DNA of 64,000 nt from a virus (lineage: Duplodnaviria; Caudoviricetes), in IMG/VR virus record IMGVR_UViG_3300032224_000782, positions 1,195-65,194 of that record, one strand, 5' to 3'. Below the pieces are notes generated by a model. That model worked only from the letters and a program-made list of their open reading frames with translations, made no database searches and had not been told where the DNA came from. The position numbers and the translations under genes were made by a program. Positions 1 to 10,291 of this stretch are shown piece by piece; position 1 is the first letter of the stretch, and each line of letters starts with the position of its first letter.

Positions 1-216
1 CTAGATACACTACGTTTACACAAAGACCGTGAGAATCTTGTGGAAAGTCGTGCCAATCACGTAATACAAGGTGCTATTAATCTTATTAACTTTATTCGCG
101 AAAACTACGCTCCTGAACAAGCAGAAGAATTAGAGCGCAGACTGCTGAACAGTATTAGAGCACAAGACAGTGCTAAATTCAGCAGAGGTGTAAAAAGGTT
201 AAAAAATGAAAATTAA
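1..216 (+). CDS. hypothetical phage protein, 5' partial
   Basis: Frame 1 is open from base 1 (LDTLRLHKDRENLVESRANHVIQGAINLI...KRLKNEN) to TAA at 214-216, overlapping the next start. Confidence 0.75.
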   Translation, partial: LDTLRLHKDRENLVESRANHVIQGAINLINFIRENYAPEQAEELERRLLNSIRAQDSAKFSRGVKRLKNEN

Positions 217-1057
217 TGAAATTACCAATTTTTTAAGGTACGCACTTACTGGAGAAAAGCCAAAAGACGATCCAATGCGACACATTGGTGCAGTTGGTAG
301 TAAAGCCTATAAAGATTTAATGACGTTATTGCAACAAAATAAAGTGGATCTACGCACAGTCAACGCTCAACAATTTGGCGGCATGCTACGGCAATGGACT
401 GAACAATACATGGCCAGTGGAGATCCGGCCAATGAACAACCTTACATTATTTCAGCAATACAACATTTACAATTACCTGGGTTAATTAATAATAACAGCA
501 TTAGAGACTATTTGACACAGGCTGCAGAAGCAAGGGCTCGAGCCAAAGTTAATGTTGGTAAACAACTACCTGGAGTAGGACAACAAAACACACAAGTAAA
601 ATCATCAGTGCCTGGATTGGCATTAGTCAAAGGTCAACTTGATCCCGACGACGAAGTTATTCTACGTTATAACGGAAAAGATTACATCATTGACGAACAA
701 ACAGGTCAGTGGGTTAATGAACAAGGTCAGGCTGTAAACTCAAAGTTTCAAAGAACATTCTATAAAGAAGCAGGCGCACTTGCTCCTAATAATAATGAAT
801 TATTGCAAGGTTTCCAAATTTATTCAAATATTCAACCGGGCAGCACTGGGCAACAATCTGGATCACAACAATCGCAACAACAAGCTCCGTTAACAGGCAC
901 TGGGGTAACAGTAGTACAAAGTAGTCCATTAGTTCTTCAATACAGAAAACAAGATTTTGCATTGACCAACAGGGGGATTTGGGTCAATGTAATGAATGGT
1001 AAACCTGCAAATCGTGTCCTCTCACAATTCCTACAAGCACAGGCCGATAAACTATGA
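206..1057 (+). CDS. hypothetical protein, possible internal head protein
   Basis: 283 aa ORF, N-terminus MKINEI, Gln-rich linker, two similar C-terminal modules (YNGKDY..GQWVN / YRKQDF..GIWVN). Confidence 0.7.
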   Translation: MKINEITNFLRYALTGEKPKDDPMRHIGAVGSKAYKDLMTLLQQNKVDLRTVNAQQFGGMLRQWTEQYMASGDPANEQPYIISAIQHLQLPGLINNNSIRDYLTQAAEARARAKVNVGKQLPGVGQQNTQVKSSVPGLALVKGQLDPDDEVILRYNGKDYIIDEQTGQWVNEQGQAVNSKFQRTFYKEAGALAPNNNELLQGFQIYSNIQPGSTGQQSGSQQSQQQAPLTGTGVTVVQSSPLVLQYRKQDFALTNRGIWVNVMNGKPANRVLSQFLQAQADKL

Positions 1058-2460
1058 AGCTATTTGAAATAAAGAATACGTCACCCAAATGGCAAATCTT
1101 CGAAGCGGCAGAAGGTAAGAACGTTCACCTTGAACATATTGAAGATGAAGTATATAACTTAGGCTATATTGGAGCACAAAAAGCTCTTAACTACTTAGAA
1201 GGCCTGCGTAGAATGTTCGCACAGGGTGAAGGCGAACCCACTAAAGTTACTGTTAAGTGGGATGGCGCCCCTGCTATTATATGTGGCACAGATCCTGCAG
1301 ACGGCCAGTTCTTTGTTGGTACTAAGTCTGTGTTTGCCAAAACAGAACCAAAGCTATGTAAGTCAGAACGAGACATTAATAAGTTTTATAGCGAGCAGGA
1401 AGGCCTAGCAACCAAATTAAAAGTAGCACTAAAATGCCTTAGTAAGATAGGCATTGGCGGAGTATTGCAAGGTGACTTGATGTTTACTCCCGGCGATGTA
1501 GAAACTGCTAACATTGAAGGGCAGGACTGCTATGTGTTTACTCCCAACACAATTACCTATGCTGTCCCAGTAGGTAGTACATTGGGTGACAGAATTGCCC
1601 AAGCAAAAATGGGTATCATATTTCACACAGCCTATGAAGGCTCTTCGTTACCTGAAATGACAGCAAGTTTTGGCGCCAGCGTGGCAGGACTAACTCCTAC
1701 CAAAGATGTTTGGTTTGATGATGCCACATACAAAGACTTCACAGGTATTGCTAGTTTAACTCCCGAAGAAGATGCACAAATCAAAGCAGTGTTGTTAGCA
1801 GCCGCAACGACATTTAGAAAAATCACAGAAGCAGACTTTAATCGTATTGTGTTTACAGGACGTAAAAGAATTTCCGCATCTGGCAAAGAAGAAGATGTAA
1901 TGACAGAGTTTGGCACACATATCAAACCCTTTATTAATAACTTGATCCGTGGCGGTGAACAAGTGGGCGACCCCACTACGTTCCTGCAAAACTTCATGAC
2001 CTACTACAGGGGCAAAATGGAGAAAGATATCAGCGATTTGATGGCTGGGCAGGACTTTACGGACGAGCAAACAGAAGCTATTATCAGATACATGGGCACC
2101 ACCGACCCCGCACAAAGAAAAGCAATGGCTCCTGAACTGCAACAGTTAAAAATTAAAACAGCAGTTATTACTAGAGTAGACAAGATTGTTGAAAAAGAGA
2201 AATTCATAGCAGATAATAGTAACACATTATTAGGTATACTAGCTATCTACAAACGAATAGTAGAAGCAAAACTACTGATTCTGCAGAAGATGCAGAAAAT
2301 TGAAAGCATTGGTACATTTATTAAAACAGATGACGGATACAAAGTCACTGCCCCAGAAGGCTTTGTGGCCATTGGGCATGACGGTGGTGCAGTTAAACTA
2401 GTAGATAGAATTGAGTTCAGTAGACAGAACTTTAACGCTACCAAATCCTGGAAAAAATAA
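1054..2460 (+). CDS. conserved large-phage protein (DUF6267-like, nucleotidyltransferase/ligase-like motifs)
   Basis: KNVHLEHIED, TVKWDGAPA (ligase-like KxDG), LQGDLMF, PEGFVA, VKLVDRIEFS motifs recalled from T4-like phage proteins. Confidence 0.65.
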   Translation: MKLFEIKNTSPKWQIFEAAEGKNVHLEHIEDEVYNLGYIGAQKALNYLEGLRRMFAQGEGEPTKVTVKWDGAPAIICGTDPADGQFFVGTKSVFAKTEPKLCKSERDINKFYSEQEGLATKLKVALKCLSKIGIGGVLQGDLMFTPGDVETANIEGQDCYVFTPNTITYAVPVGSTLGDRIAQAKMGIIFHTAYEGSSLPEMTASFGASVAGLTPTKDVWFDDATYKDFTGIASLTPEEDAQIKAVLLAAATTFRKITEADFNRIVFTGRKRISASGKEEDVMTEFGTHIKPFINNLIRGGEQVGDPTTFLQNFMTYYRGKMEKDISDLMAGQDFTDEQTEAIIRYMGTTDPAQRKAMAPELQQLKIKTAVITRVDKIVEKEKFIADNSNTLLGILAIYKRIVEAKLLILQKMQKIESIGTFIKTDDGYKVTAPEGFVAIGHDGGAVKLVDRIEFSRQNFNATKSWKK

Positions 2461-2538
2461 GCTATACCAGCTAAAAAAATCTGTTTGGAATAAATAATTA
2501 CATGCGTTGATTCGCAGAACTTTTAAAAGGAAAATAAA

Positions 2539-2952
2539 ATGGCAGTATTTACACGTACAAATGGTACAGCTTCAGCAGTTGTGAGCGTTGGTAACATCGC
2601 TCTAAGCACAGAAGCAACTAGCGCAAACGTATTGATCAGCACAGGTATTGGCAAGCCAGTACAAGCATTTGCTATCAACAGTAACGTTGCAATGACAGCA
2701 AACCTAGGAACAGGCGAAGCAGTAGAAACAATTCTACGTACTATCGGCATTAACAGCACATTGTTGGCTTACCAAGTTGGTACAGCAAACAACGGTTCTG
2801 TTACAAACGGTCTATTGAGCGTAATGATTGAAGACAGCTCATGGAACACTACAGACCTACAAGCTAACATCCGTGCAGTTGGTACAGACAGCAATGGCTA
2901 CAACTACACAGGTATTGTTGTTACACAACCTGGCTTGCGTCTAGCAGAATAA
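2539..2952 (+). CDS. probable abundant virion structural protein
   Basis: TAAATA at about 2491, AAGGA RBS, biased codons, T/A/N/G-rich, followed by a terminator. Confidence 0.55.
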   Translation: MAVFTRTNGTASAVVSVGNIALSTEATSANVLISTGIGKPVQAFAINSNVAMTANLGTGEAVETILRTIGINSTLLAYQVGTANNGSVTNGLLSVMIEDSSWNTTDLQANIRAVGTDSNGYNYTGIVVTQPGLRLAE

Positions 2953-2975
2953 TTTAGTTTAACTAAGTTAAAGAT

Positions 2976-3003
2976 AAGGCAACTATATGTTGCCTTTCTT
3001 TTT
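2976..3003 (+). terminator. intrinsic terminator
   Basis: AAGGCAAC-tatat-GTTGCCTT then T-rich tail. Confidence 0.75.
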
Positions 3004-3020
3004 GACCTATAAATATCTAC

Positions 3021-3431
3021 ATGAGTCCCTTGATAACTTGTTTAACATTGATAGATATTACCAACACCGATGTTACTAAAGGCCAAAGCGATGCTAGGGA
3101 CCAGCAACGTAATTGGGAATCTGTGGTACAACTACTGAGCTTAAAAACACAGCCCATAATCATACGCAGTCCAAAATGTTTTGAAAATGAAGAATTAGAA
3201 TATTTAAACTTTGGGGAATTTTATCAAGGGCAACATAAAGTATGGGCATTTCAGTTTAGAGGTGAACGGGATGACTTTTATACATTTGAGCAACTAGAGG
3301 AAGACTTCGATCTAATACCAATAATCCTGGGCTTGGATGAAACTGCAAGATTCATGCTACCTATATTCCATACCAGTGGCACATTAAAAAACATATATTT
3401 CATTTCCAGCGATGACATAAATATTAGTTGA
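3021..3431 (+). CDS. hypothetical phage protein
   Basis: 136 aa ORF, TATAAATA ending 5 nt before ATG. Confidence 0.7.
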   Translation: MSPLITCLTLIDITNTDVTKGQSDARDQQRNWESVVQLLSLKTQPIIIRSPKCFENEELEYLNFGEFYQGQHKVWAFQFRGERDDFYTFEQLEEDFDLIPIILGLDETARFMLPIFHTSGTLKNIYFISSDDINIS

Positions 3432-3491
3432 TGCTACGGCACACCTCAGGGCTTCTCTTTACGGCACACTTTATGGCAGAATATATGCATC
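3430..3491 (+). ncRNA. candidate structured 5' leader RNA with GGCA repeats
   Basis: GATGC(3430-3434)/GCATC(3487-3491) closing stem enclosing TACGGCACAC twice and TATGGCAGA; TAAATA at 3418. Confidence 0.4.
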
Positions 3492-3515
3492 GCATTATAA
3501 GGCGAAAATACACCA

Positions 3516-3776
3516 ATGTCATCTACAAATATAGAGAAGAAAAACCTAGAAGCGCACGTAGAATTATGCGCTGAAAGGTATACCGCTTTGGATAATAAAT
3601 TAACTCATTTAGACACTAGGATGACAAAGTTGGAACAACACATTGTCGAAATTAAAGACTCAATCGCTAACAAAACAGGTGGCATTGACAAACAAACAAT
3701 CACCATTGGTACAACAATACTAGGTGTAATGTTCACAGCGATTATTACACTATTGATACACCTAGCATCTAAATAA
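3516..3776 (+). CDS. coiled-coil plus C-terminal TM protein (XhlA/holin-like)
   Basis: LEAHVELCAERY, heptad coil, hydrophobic C-terminus. Confidence 0.5.
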   Translation: MSSTNIEKKNLEAHVELCAERYTALDNKLTHLDTRMTKLEQHIVEIKDSIANKTGGIDKQTITIGTTILGVMFTAIITLLIHLASK

Positions 3777-3988
3777 TGAAAATAGTAGAAGTTACCAAGC
3801 AGTTAAATGTGGCCATCACAAACGAGGAAGCAGAAGTGCTGGATCGATTTGACGAAGACACACCTGTTGTGGCCAAAAGCGAATTCACAGACAGACAACA
3901 ATTAATGGCAAATCAATTAGTCAACAAAGACATATTACTAAGAAAAAATGAAAACGGCCGCATCATCTATAAAAAACGAACTGGGTAA
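3776..3988 (+). CDS. hypothetical protein
   Basis: 70 aa ORF translationally coupled (TAATG). Confidence 0.65.
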   Translation: MKIVEVTKQLNVAITNEEAEVLDRFDEDTPVVAKSEFTDRQQLMANQLVNKDILLRKNENGRIIYKKRTG

Positions 3989-4472
3989 GTTCATCACGGA
4001 CCTAGCCCTACACAAATTAAATCATTGGGCATATAAAGAATTTAAACACATTAGGCACTCGGAAGCGATTCCTGTTTGTATGCCTATGTCAGACACATCA
4101 TGGATATTGGGTCAATTTGAAATAGAACATATAGGACCGAACCGCTGGCAAGTAAGTGTAGACGGTAAACTTATTAACGTATTCTACAGCAAGCAGTCAG
4201 CGGTGTTTTATTCCTTTTTTACCTACATGAAATACTATAAAACAGCAGACAATATTCTGCTACAGGATAGAGATGTTGCTAGGCTCACTGATGAGCTGGA
4301 CTTTTACACTAAAAAATTAAACAAAAAGTCCAATAAACCTGATGCTTTTAAACTGCAATTATGGGATGCAAGATATTATGAGATTAAATCTCAACTAAGA
4401 ATAGCCCGAGAAGAATTAGAAAAAAGTTTACAATCGGCTAAATATTGTAAAATCTGGGAAAAGATATTATGA
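3948..4472 (+). CDS. hypothetical protein
   Basis: 174 aa ORF within the operon. Confidence 0.65.
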   Translation: MKTAASSIKNELGKFITDLALHKLNHWAYKEFKHIRHSEAIPVCMPMSDTSWILGQFEIEHIGPNRWQVSVDGKLINVFYSKQSAVFYSFFTYMKYYKTADNILLQDRDVARLTDELDFYTKKLNKKSNKPDAFKLQLWDARYYEIKSQLRIAREELEKSLQSAKYCKIWEKIL

Positions 4473-5140
4473 ACTTAAAAGAACTAGCACCACAAAAAAC
4501 TAAAAGACTTAACCGCGTAATGGAAAGCCGCTTTGGTTTTGCTATTGACTATAATAATCTAACTTATGCAAAGGCACAGCGCCTAAACTATGCACTTGCA
4601 GAAAACTTAGATAAAATTCGTCGTAGCTATGGTATTCATACAGCAGAACGCAATCCTAAGTATATGGAAATGCTTATGGTTCGTGAAGGCCTAAATGCTT
4701 GGTTGGATCAACACACTCCATTAATGGAAGGTGAGTTAGAAACAGCTGAAGCAGTGTTAGCAGCCAAAGACATGGTTGACAGTGTTCAAGACATGATCAC
4801 AGACGCTAGCAAAATGCTTAACGAAGAGCTTCCTCCATTACTAGACACTATCCGTGATCAAGTTGGCACAGCACAAGCTGACAGCTATAAGAACACTGTT
4901 ACTAGTGCGTTACAAGGACTAATGGATGCATTGAATGGCGCACGTGATGCACTAGACAATGGAGCCCGAGTACTTGCTGGCGAACAAACTGATCAAGGAA
5001 TGTCAATGGGCGGCGCAATGCCAGGACCTGACTTAGAAACAATGCCTCCAGAAGGCAGCGACTTAGACACAGATGATGGCTTTGGCGCAACAGATGCTGC
5101 TGCCGGCGGCGATGAAGAACTAGGCAGAGAACGTCGTTAA
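4469..5140 (+). CDS. hypothetical protein, possible prohead core/scaffold-like
   Basis: MNLKEL start, helical, acidic tail ending LGRERR, TAAATA upstream at about 4440. Confidence 0.55.
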   Translation: MNLKELAPQKTKRLNRVMESRFGFAIDYNNLTYAKAQRLNYALAENLDKIRRSYGIHTAERNPKYMEMLMVREGLNAWLDQHTPLMEGELETAEAVLAAKDMVDSVQDMITDASKMLNEELPPLLDTIRDQVGTAQADSYKNTVTSALQGLMDALNGARDALDNGARVLAGEQTDQGMSMGGAMPGPDLETMPPEGSDLDTDDGFGATDAAAGGDEELGRERR

Positions 5141-5565
5141 TGAGAGCCAGTGATTTTATTAAAGAATATAAGATCACTGATCTCGTTAAATCACGACTAA
5201 GAGAAACTGATGAAGATATGGCAAGGACCGGTGTTACCAATGGTAGCATCGTTACTGCGCTTAACTTAATTCAAAATCGTATTATGCGTGGCGAACTGAA
5301 AACAGACGTTCCCACAGAACTAGTGATATCTGAAATTCAAAATGCTGGTATAGGTACATTTGGTTACCAAGACTTAATTAGAGTCAATGATATTGAGCCC
5401 GCAATTAAAACAATGGTGAAAAACATTACACCAGAAACGGTTACGTTTGTGTCTAGCATGAGCCAAAATGTAACAAATCCAGAAGACTATACCGCTGCTG
5501 CCGGTAATCCAGAAGACACTGTCAGTAACATGGCCAAAAGCGCCATGAAGCGTAGACAAAGTTAA
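5140..5565 (+). CDS. hypothetical protein (MRAxxFIxE N-terminus)
   Basis: 141 aa ORF coupled to the previous gene. Confidence 0.65.
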   Translation: MRASDFIKEYKITDLVKSRLRETDEDMARTGVTNGSIVTALNLIQNRIMRGELKTDVPTELVISEIQNAGIGTFGYQDLIRVNDIEPAIKTMVKNITPETVTFVSSMSQNVTNPEDYTAAAGNPEDTVSNMAKSAMKRRQS

Positions 5566-5598
5566 TTAAATACTGTATAATCAACAAAAGGAAATAAT

Positions 5599-5982
5599 AT
5601 GGCCTATTCTCAAAAGGTTGTGGATCACTATGAAAATCCAAGAAACGTTGGTAAGTTCGAAATAGATGACACAATTGGTACAGGTATGGTTGGCGCACCT
5701 GCTTGTGGTGATGTAATGAAACTACAAATAAAGGTTGAAGATGGTATTATCACAGATGCACGTTTTAAAACATACGGCTGTGGATCGGCCATTGCGTCTA
5801 GCTCTCTTGTTACAGAATGGGTCAAAGGTAAAACTCTTGACCAAGCAGGAAGCATTAAGAATAGTCAGATTGCAGAGGAGCTCGCCTTACCTCCGGTCAA
5901 AATACATTGTAGCATATTGGCAGAAGACGCCATTAAAGCGGCTGTAGAGGATTACAAAAAGAAACATGATATCCTTAACTGA
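5599..5982 (+). CDS. iscU: Fe-S cluster scaffold IscU
   Basis: HYENPRNVG, GAPACGDVM, GCGSAIASSS, LPPVKIHCS. Confidence 0.97.
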   Translation: MAYSQKVVDHYENPRNVGKFEIDDTIGTGMVGAPACGDVMKLQIKVEDGIITDARFKTYGCGSAIASSSLVTEWVKGKTLDQAGSIKNSQIAEELALPPVKIHCSILAEDAIKAAVEDYKKKHDILN

Positions 5983-6289
5983 AACTGCAAAAACAAAAAT
6001 ACAAAAATTAGTGGAAACAAAAGGCTATGCGGGAATACGCCTTGGGGTAAAGACCACTGGATGTAGTGGCCTTGCTTATGTTTTGGAATACGTTAAAGAA
6101 TATGAAACAGATCCCAGTACAATTAACTATGCTCAAGATTCTTTTTGTGTACTAGTAGATAAAAAACACGATGTGTATTTAAAAGGCACTAAAATAGATT
6201 ATGTGCGTAACGGCCTTAACGAAGGCTTTGAATTTACCAATCCCAATGAACGCGATCGATGTGGTTGCGGAGAAAGTTTCAGAGTTTAA
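5966..6289 (+). CDS. iscA: Fe-S carrier IscA
   Basis: TTGCSGLAY, NPN..CGCGESF. Confidence 0.95.
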   Translation: MISLTETAKTKIQKLVETKGYAGIRLGVKTTGCSGLAYVLEYVKEYETDPSTINYAQDSFCVLVDKKHDVYLKGTKIDYVRNGLNEGFEFTNPNERDRCGCGESFRV

Positions 6290-6290
6290 A

Positions 6291-6974
6291 ATGCTAATCA
6301 ATAAATTTAATTATACCCCCATTAACAGAGAAACAGTTGATGGGAAGAGGCATTATTGTTTGCCTGACGGCACTAAAGTACCCAGTGTCACTACAATCTT
6401 AGATAAAACTTCTCCAGCAGAAAAAAAGCAAGCATTGGCTAATTGGCGTAAGTCAGTAGGCGCACAACGAGCACAGGAAATTACCACAGAAGCTGCTGGG
6501 CGAGGAACACGTATGCATAAGTGGTTAGAAATTTACGTTAAAGAAGGCGGCATTGGTGCCCCAGGAACTAATCCTTATAGTCAACAAAGTCATACCATGG
6601 CCAATGTTATTATTAACGAAGCTATGCAAAAACACATTACAGAGTTTTGGGGTGTTGAGGTTCCTGTGTTTTATAGTGGATTATATGCTGGAACTACTGA
6701 TTGTGTTGGTGTATGGAAAGGGCAACCTGCTATCTTAGACTTCAAACAAACCAACAAACCCAAGAAACGTGAGTGGATTGAAGATTATTTCCTACAACTA
6801 GCAGCCTACAGTCAAGCTCACAATACTACACACGGTACAGACATAAAAACTGGGGTTATATTGATGTGCAGTGCAGACTATCAGTATCAAGAATTTGTAG
6901 TTGACGGCACAGAATTTGAACATTGGACTAATCGGTGGTTTGACAGAGTAGAGCAGTATTATAAGGAAAACTAA
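6291..6974 (+). CDS. PD-(D/E)XK exonuclease (phage/MGME1-like)
   Basis: PSVTTIL, RGTRMH, AGTTDC, ILDFKQT, QLAAY; start taken at ATG 6291. Confidence 0.85.
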   Translation: MLINKFNYTPINRETVDGKRHYCLPDGTKVPSVTTILDKTSPAEKKQALANWRKSVGAQRAQEITTEAAGRGTRMHKWLEIYVKEGGIGAPGTNPYSQQSHTMANVIINEAMQKHITEFWGVEVPVFYSGLYAGTTDCVGVWKGQPAILDFKQTNKPKKREWIEDYFLQLAAYSQAHNTTHGTDIKTGVILMCSADYQYQEFVVDGTEFEHWTNRWFDRVEQYYKEN

Positions 6975-6997
6975 ATACTGTAATAGGAAAAGATAAT

Positions 6998-7507
6998 ATG
7001 GCAGTTGTCCAAATAAGTCAAATTAAACATCGCAGGGGAACCAGCGAAAACTTGCCGCAGTTAGCCAGTGCTGAGTTAGGGTGGAGTATTGATTCCCAAC
7101 AACTTTACATTGGTAACGGTACACTAGCTGAAGGTGCGCCACAAGTAGGTAATACTAGGATTCTTACAGTAAATGATTTACCGTTTGCTAATGCTAATGT
7201 AATTGTTGCCCCTACACTGAACAATAACTCAACTGCAAATATCACAGCACTAGTGTTTACCAGTGATACACCCGCTGTTCAAATAAATTATGCAATTCAA
7301 CGTGGTACTAATTTTAGAACCGGCACAATGGAAATAACACAATACGGTAGCAATATGGCCTACACTGACAATTACACAGAGACTGCAAATATCGGTGTAA
7401 CTCTTAATGTTACTCAAGCGGCAAATACAGCTCAAGTTAGTTACACCACTACCAGTACCGGTATTGATGCTAATTTGAAATACAGTTTAAACTCTTTTAC
7501 TTTTTAA
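6998..7507 (+). CDS. virion fibre/adaptor protein with Mtd N-terminal-like domain
   Basis: IKHRRG...PQLASAELGW...LYIGNG motif; TAAATA at 6972. Confidence 0.6.
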   Translation: MAVVQISQIKHRRGTSENLPQLASAELGWSIDSQQLYIGNGTLAEGAPQVGNTRILTVNDLPFANANVIVAPTLNNNSTANITALVFTSDTPAVQINYAIQRGTNFRTGTMEITQYGSNMAYTDNYTETANIGVTLNVTQAANTAQVSYTTTSTGIDANLKYSLNSFTF

Positions 7508-7526
7508 TCAAACTTTATAGCAAACT

Positions 7527-7973
7527 ATGTGGACTCTATTACCCAGCGAGAGACTTCGCTGTTGGCAAGACTTTCGAAAAGATATTAGCTCAAAAACTTT
7601 TGAACAAGCATTACAAGACACACAACACCTTTGGAGTTATGCTCCATATGTTGCTCATTATTTGACTACTGACCACGTAGAAGAATGGCCTGGCCCTTGG
7701 GAATTGATTTATGAAAACTACTATTGTGATCTTGCAAAAGCTCTTGGAATAGTGTATACTTTGTATCTATGCGACCATAAGCCCGAATTAGAAATAAGAG
7801 TATATAATGAACCTTCAACCAAGGAACAATATAATTTAGTATTTGTTGACCGAGGAAAATATGTACTTAATTTGGTTCACGACGAGGTAGTAAATAAACA
7901 ACAAGTTAGCAAAGAACTAAAATTAGTCAGGACCCTTTCTGCAGAAGAACTGGGTCTTTATAAATTACAATAA
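7527..7973 (+). CDS. hypothetical protein
   Basis: 148 aa ORF, WPGPWEL motif. Confidence 0.7.
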   Translation: MWTLLPSERLRCWQDFRKDISSKTFEQALQDTQHLWSYAPYVAHYLTTDHVEEWPGPWELIYENYYCDLAKALGIVYTLYLCDHKPELEIRVYNEPSTKEQYNLVFVDRGKYVLNLVHDEVVNKQQVSKELKLVRTLSAEELGLYKLQ

Positions 7974-7983
7974 GAGAAAATCA

Positions 7984-10281
7984 ATGACAGCGATTCAAGT
8001 AACAAAACGAGACGGTAGAAAAGAACAATTAGATTTAGAAAAATTACACAAAGTGGTGTTTTGGGCCACTAAAGACATTACAGGTGTCAGTGCTAGTGAA
8101 TTGGAAATTAGAAGCCACATTCAATTCTACAATGGCATTAAGACTGCTGATATTCAAGAGACCATGATTAAAAGTGCCGCTGACCTTATCAGCGAAGAAA
8201 CTCCTAACTATCAATATGTAGCAGGCAGACTAATCAACTATCATTTACGCAAAGAAGTCTATGGTGCTTATGAACCTTGCACATTATTAGAACTAGTCAA
8301 GCGTAATGTGGAGCGTGGATTTTACGACCCAGGTCTTCTCGCCGATTACACAGAAGAAGAGTGGGCAACGTTAAACACTTACATTGACCACACTAGAGAT
8401 GAAAACTTTACCTATGTGGCCATGGAACAATGGCGCGGTAAGTATCTAGTGCAGAATCGTGTTACCGGAGAAATTTTTGAAACACCACAAATAGCTTATA
8501 TGTTAATTGCGGCTACATTGTTTCAAAATTATACCAAGGAAACAAGATTAAAATGGGTAAAGGATTACTATGACGCAACTAGCCTTCATGATATTAGCCT
8601 TCCCACTCCTATTATGGCTGGAGTTAGAACTAGTCAAAAACAGTTCTCCAGTTGTGTGCTTATTGAAACTGATGACAGTCTTGATAGTATTAATGCTACT
8701 GCAAGTAGTATTGTTAAGTACGTGAGTCAAAAGGCTGGCATTGGTATTGGTGCAGGACGAATACGTGCCCTAGGATCGCCCATTCGCAATGGCGATGCTT
8801 ATCACACAGGCGTAGTTCCATTTTACAAATATTTCCAAACAGCCACACGTAGTTGTAGCCAAGGTGGAGTGCGTAATGGTGCCGCAACCTTGTACTATCC
8901 AATTTGGCACTATGAAGTAGAAGACCTTCTTGTATTAAAGAATAACAAGGGCACAGAGGATAATCGTGTACGTCACATGGATTATGGCGTTCAATTTAAC
9001 AAATTAATGTACGAAAGACTTATCACCGGTGGCGATATTACCTTGTTTAGTCCCCACGATGTGCCTGAAATGTATGAGGCTTTCTTCAATGATCAGGACC
9101 GTTTTAAAGAATTATATGAACGTGCAGAACGCAATACCAAGTTGCGTAAGAAAACATTTAAAGCAGTTGACTTGTTTGGTCGCTTTATGCAGGAACGTAA
9201 GGACACAGGTCGTATCTATTTAATGAACGTAGACCATGCCAACACACATAGTCCATTCAAAGAAAAGATTGCTCCAGTTAAGATGAGTAATTTATGTACT
9301 GAAATTGATTTGCCTACTGTACCTCTTAAAGACATTAACGATCCCGACGGACGTATTGCATTGTGTACATTGTCAGCAACCAATTGGGGCAATGTTAAAA
9401 AGCCTGAAGACTTTGAACGTATGTGTACATTGGCAGTGCGTGGATTAGATGCGTTGTTGAGTTATCAAAATTATCCTGTGTTGGCCGCAAGATTAGCCAC
9501 AGAAGAATTCCGCCCATTGGGTATTGGTATTATTAACTTTGCTTACTTCCTAGCCAAGCATGATGTTAGTTATAGTGACCCACGTGCATTGGCACTGGTA
9601 GATGAATATGCAGAAGCATGGAGTTACTACTTGATCAAAGCCAGCGTTGAACTTGCTAAAGAACAAGGACCTTGCACACGTTGGCAAGATTTAAAATCTG
9701 CTGATGGCATTTTACCTATCGACACACGTAAGTCAGAAGTTGACGAACTAGTAGCATATCAAGAACGTATGCCTTGGGCAGAACTACGTGAGGATGCAAA
9801 AAAATATGGACAGCGTAATGCTACACTAATGGCACTGATGCCAGCAGAAACATCTGCACAGATTAGTAATAGTACAAACGGCATTGAACCTCCACGTAGC
9901 TATGTAAGTATCAAACAAAGCAAGCACGGAGTATTGAAGCAAGTAGTGCCTGAATATCGCCGTTTAAAGAACAAATATGAGCTATTATGGGACCAAAAGA
10001 GCCCAGAAGGCTACCTAAAACTATGTGCTATTCTACAGAAGTACATTGACCAAGGTATCAGCGTTAATACGTCATATAATCCACATCACTATGATGATGA
10101 AAAAATTCCAATGAGTGAAATGTTGGGACATCTATTGTTGTGCTATAAGTATGGTACTAAGCAATTATATTATTTTAACACCATGGATGGCCAAGGTGAG
10201 GTTGATATTGATAAGTTGGCAGAGACTAAAACTGTTGAACTACCTGTTGACGTAGAAGACTGTGATAGTTGCGTAATTTAA
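7984..10281 (+). CDS. nrdA: class Ia ribonucleotide reductase alpha subunit
   Basis: ATP cone (VTKRDG), [26 protein letters not shown]-terminal CDSC; no intein. Confidence 0.98.
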   Translation: MTAIQVTKRDGRKEQLDLEKLHKVVFWATKDITGVSASELEIRSHIQFYNGIKTADIQETMIKSAADLISEETPNYQYVAGRLINYHLRKEVYGAYEPCTLLELVKRNVERGFYDPGLLADYTEEEWATLNTYIDHTRDENFTYVAMEQWRGKYLVQNRVTGEIFETPQIAYMLIAATLFQNYTKETRLKWVKDYYDATSLHDISLPTPIMAGVRTSQKQFSSCVLIETDDSLDSINATASSIVKYVSQKAGIGIGAGRIRALGSPIRNGDAYHTGVVPFYKYFQTATRSCSQGGVRNGAATLYYPIWHYEVEDLLVLKNNKGTEDNRVRHMDYGVQFNKLMYERLITGGDITLFSPHDVPEMYEAFFNDQDRFKELYERAERNTKLRKKTFKAVDLFGRFMQERKDTGRIYLMNVDHANTHSPFKEKIAPVKMSNLCTEIDLPTVPLKDINDPDGRIALCTLSATNWGNVKKPEDFERMCTLAVRGLDALLSYQNYPVLAARLATEEFRPLGIGIINFAYFLAKHDVSYSDPRALALVDEYAEAWSYYLIKASVELAKEQGPCTRWQDLKSADGILPIDTRKSEVDELVAYQERMPWAELREDAKKYGQRNATLMALMPAETSAQISNSTNGIEPPRSYVSIKQSKHGVLKQVVPEYRRLKNKYELLWDQKSPEGYLKLCAILQKYIDQGISVNTSYNPHHYDDEKIPMSEMLGHLLLCYKYGTKQLYYFNTMDGQGEVDIDKLAETKTVELPVDVEDCDSCVI

Positions 10282-10291
10282 GGATTTTCAA

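Noticed and set aside
6998-7507. Diversity-generating retroelement target
   Set aside because: Only the Mtd N-terminal-like motif is present; no reverse transcriptase or TR/VR pair in the window
7820-7983. NrdR box upstream of nrdA
   Set aside because: Only a loose AT-rich resemblance inside coding sequence
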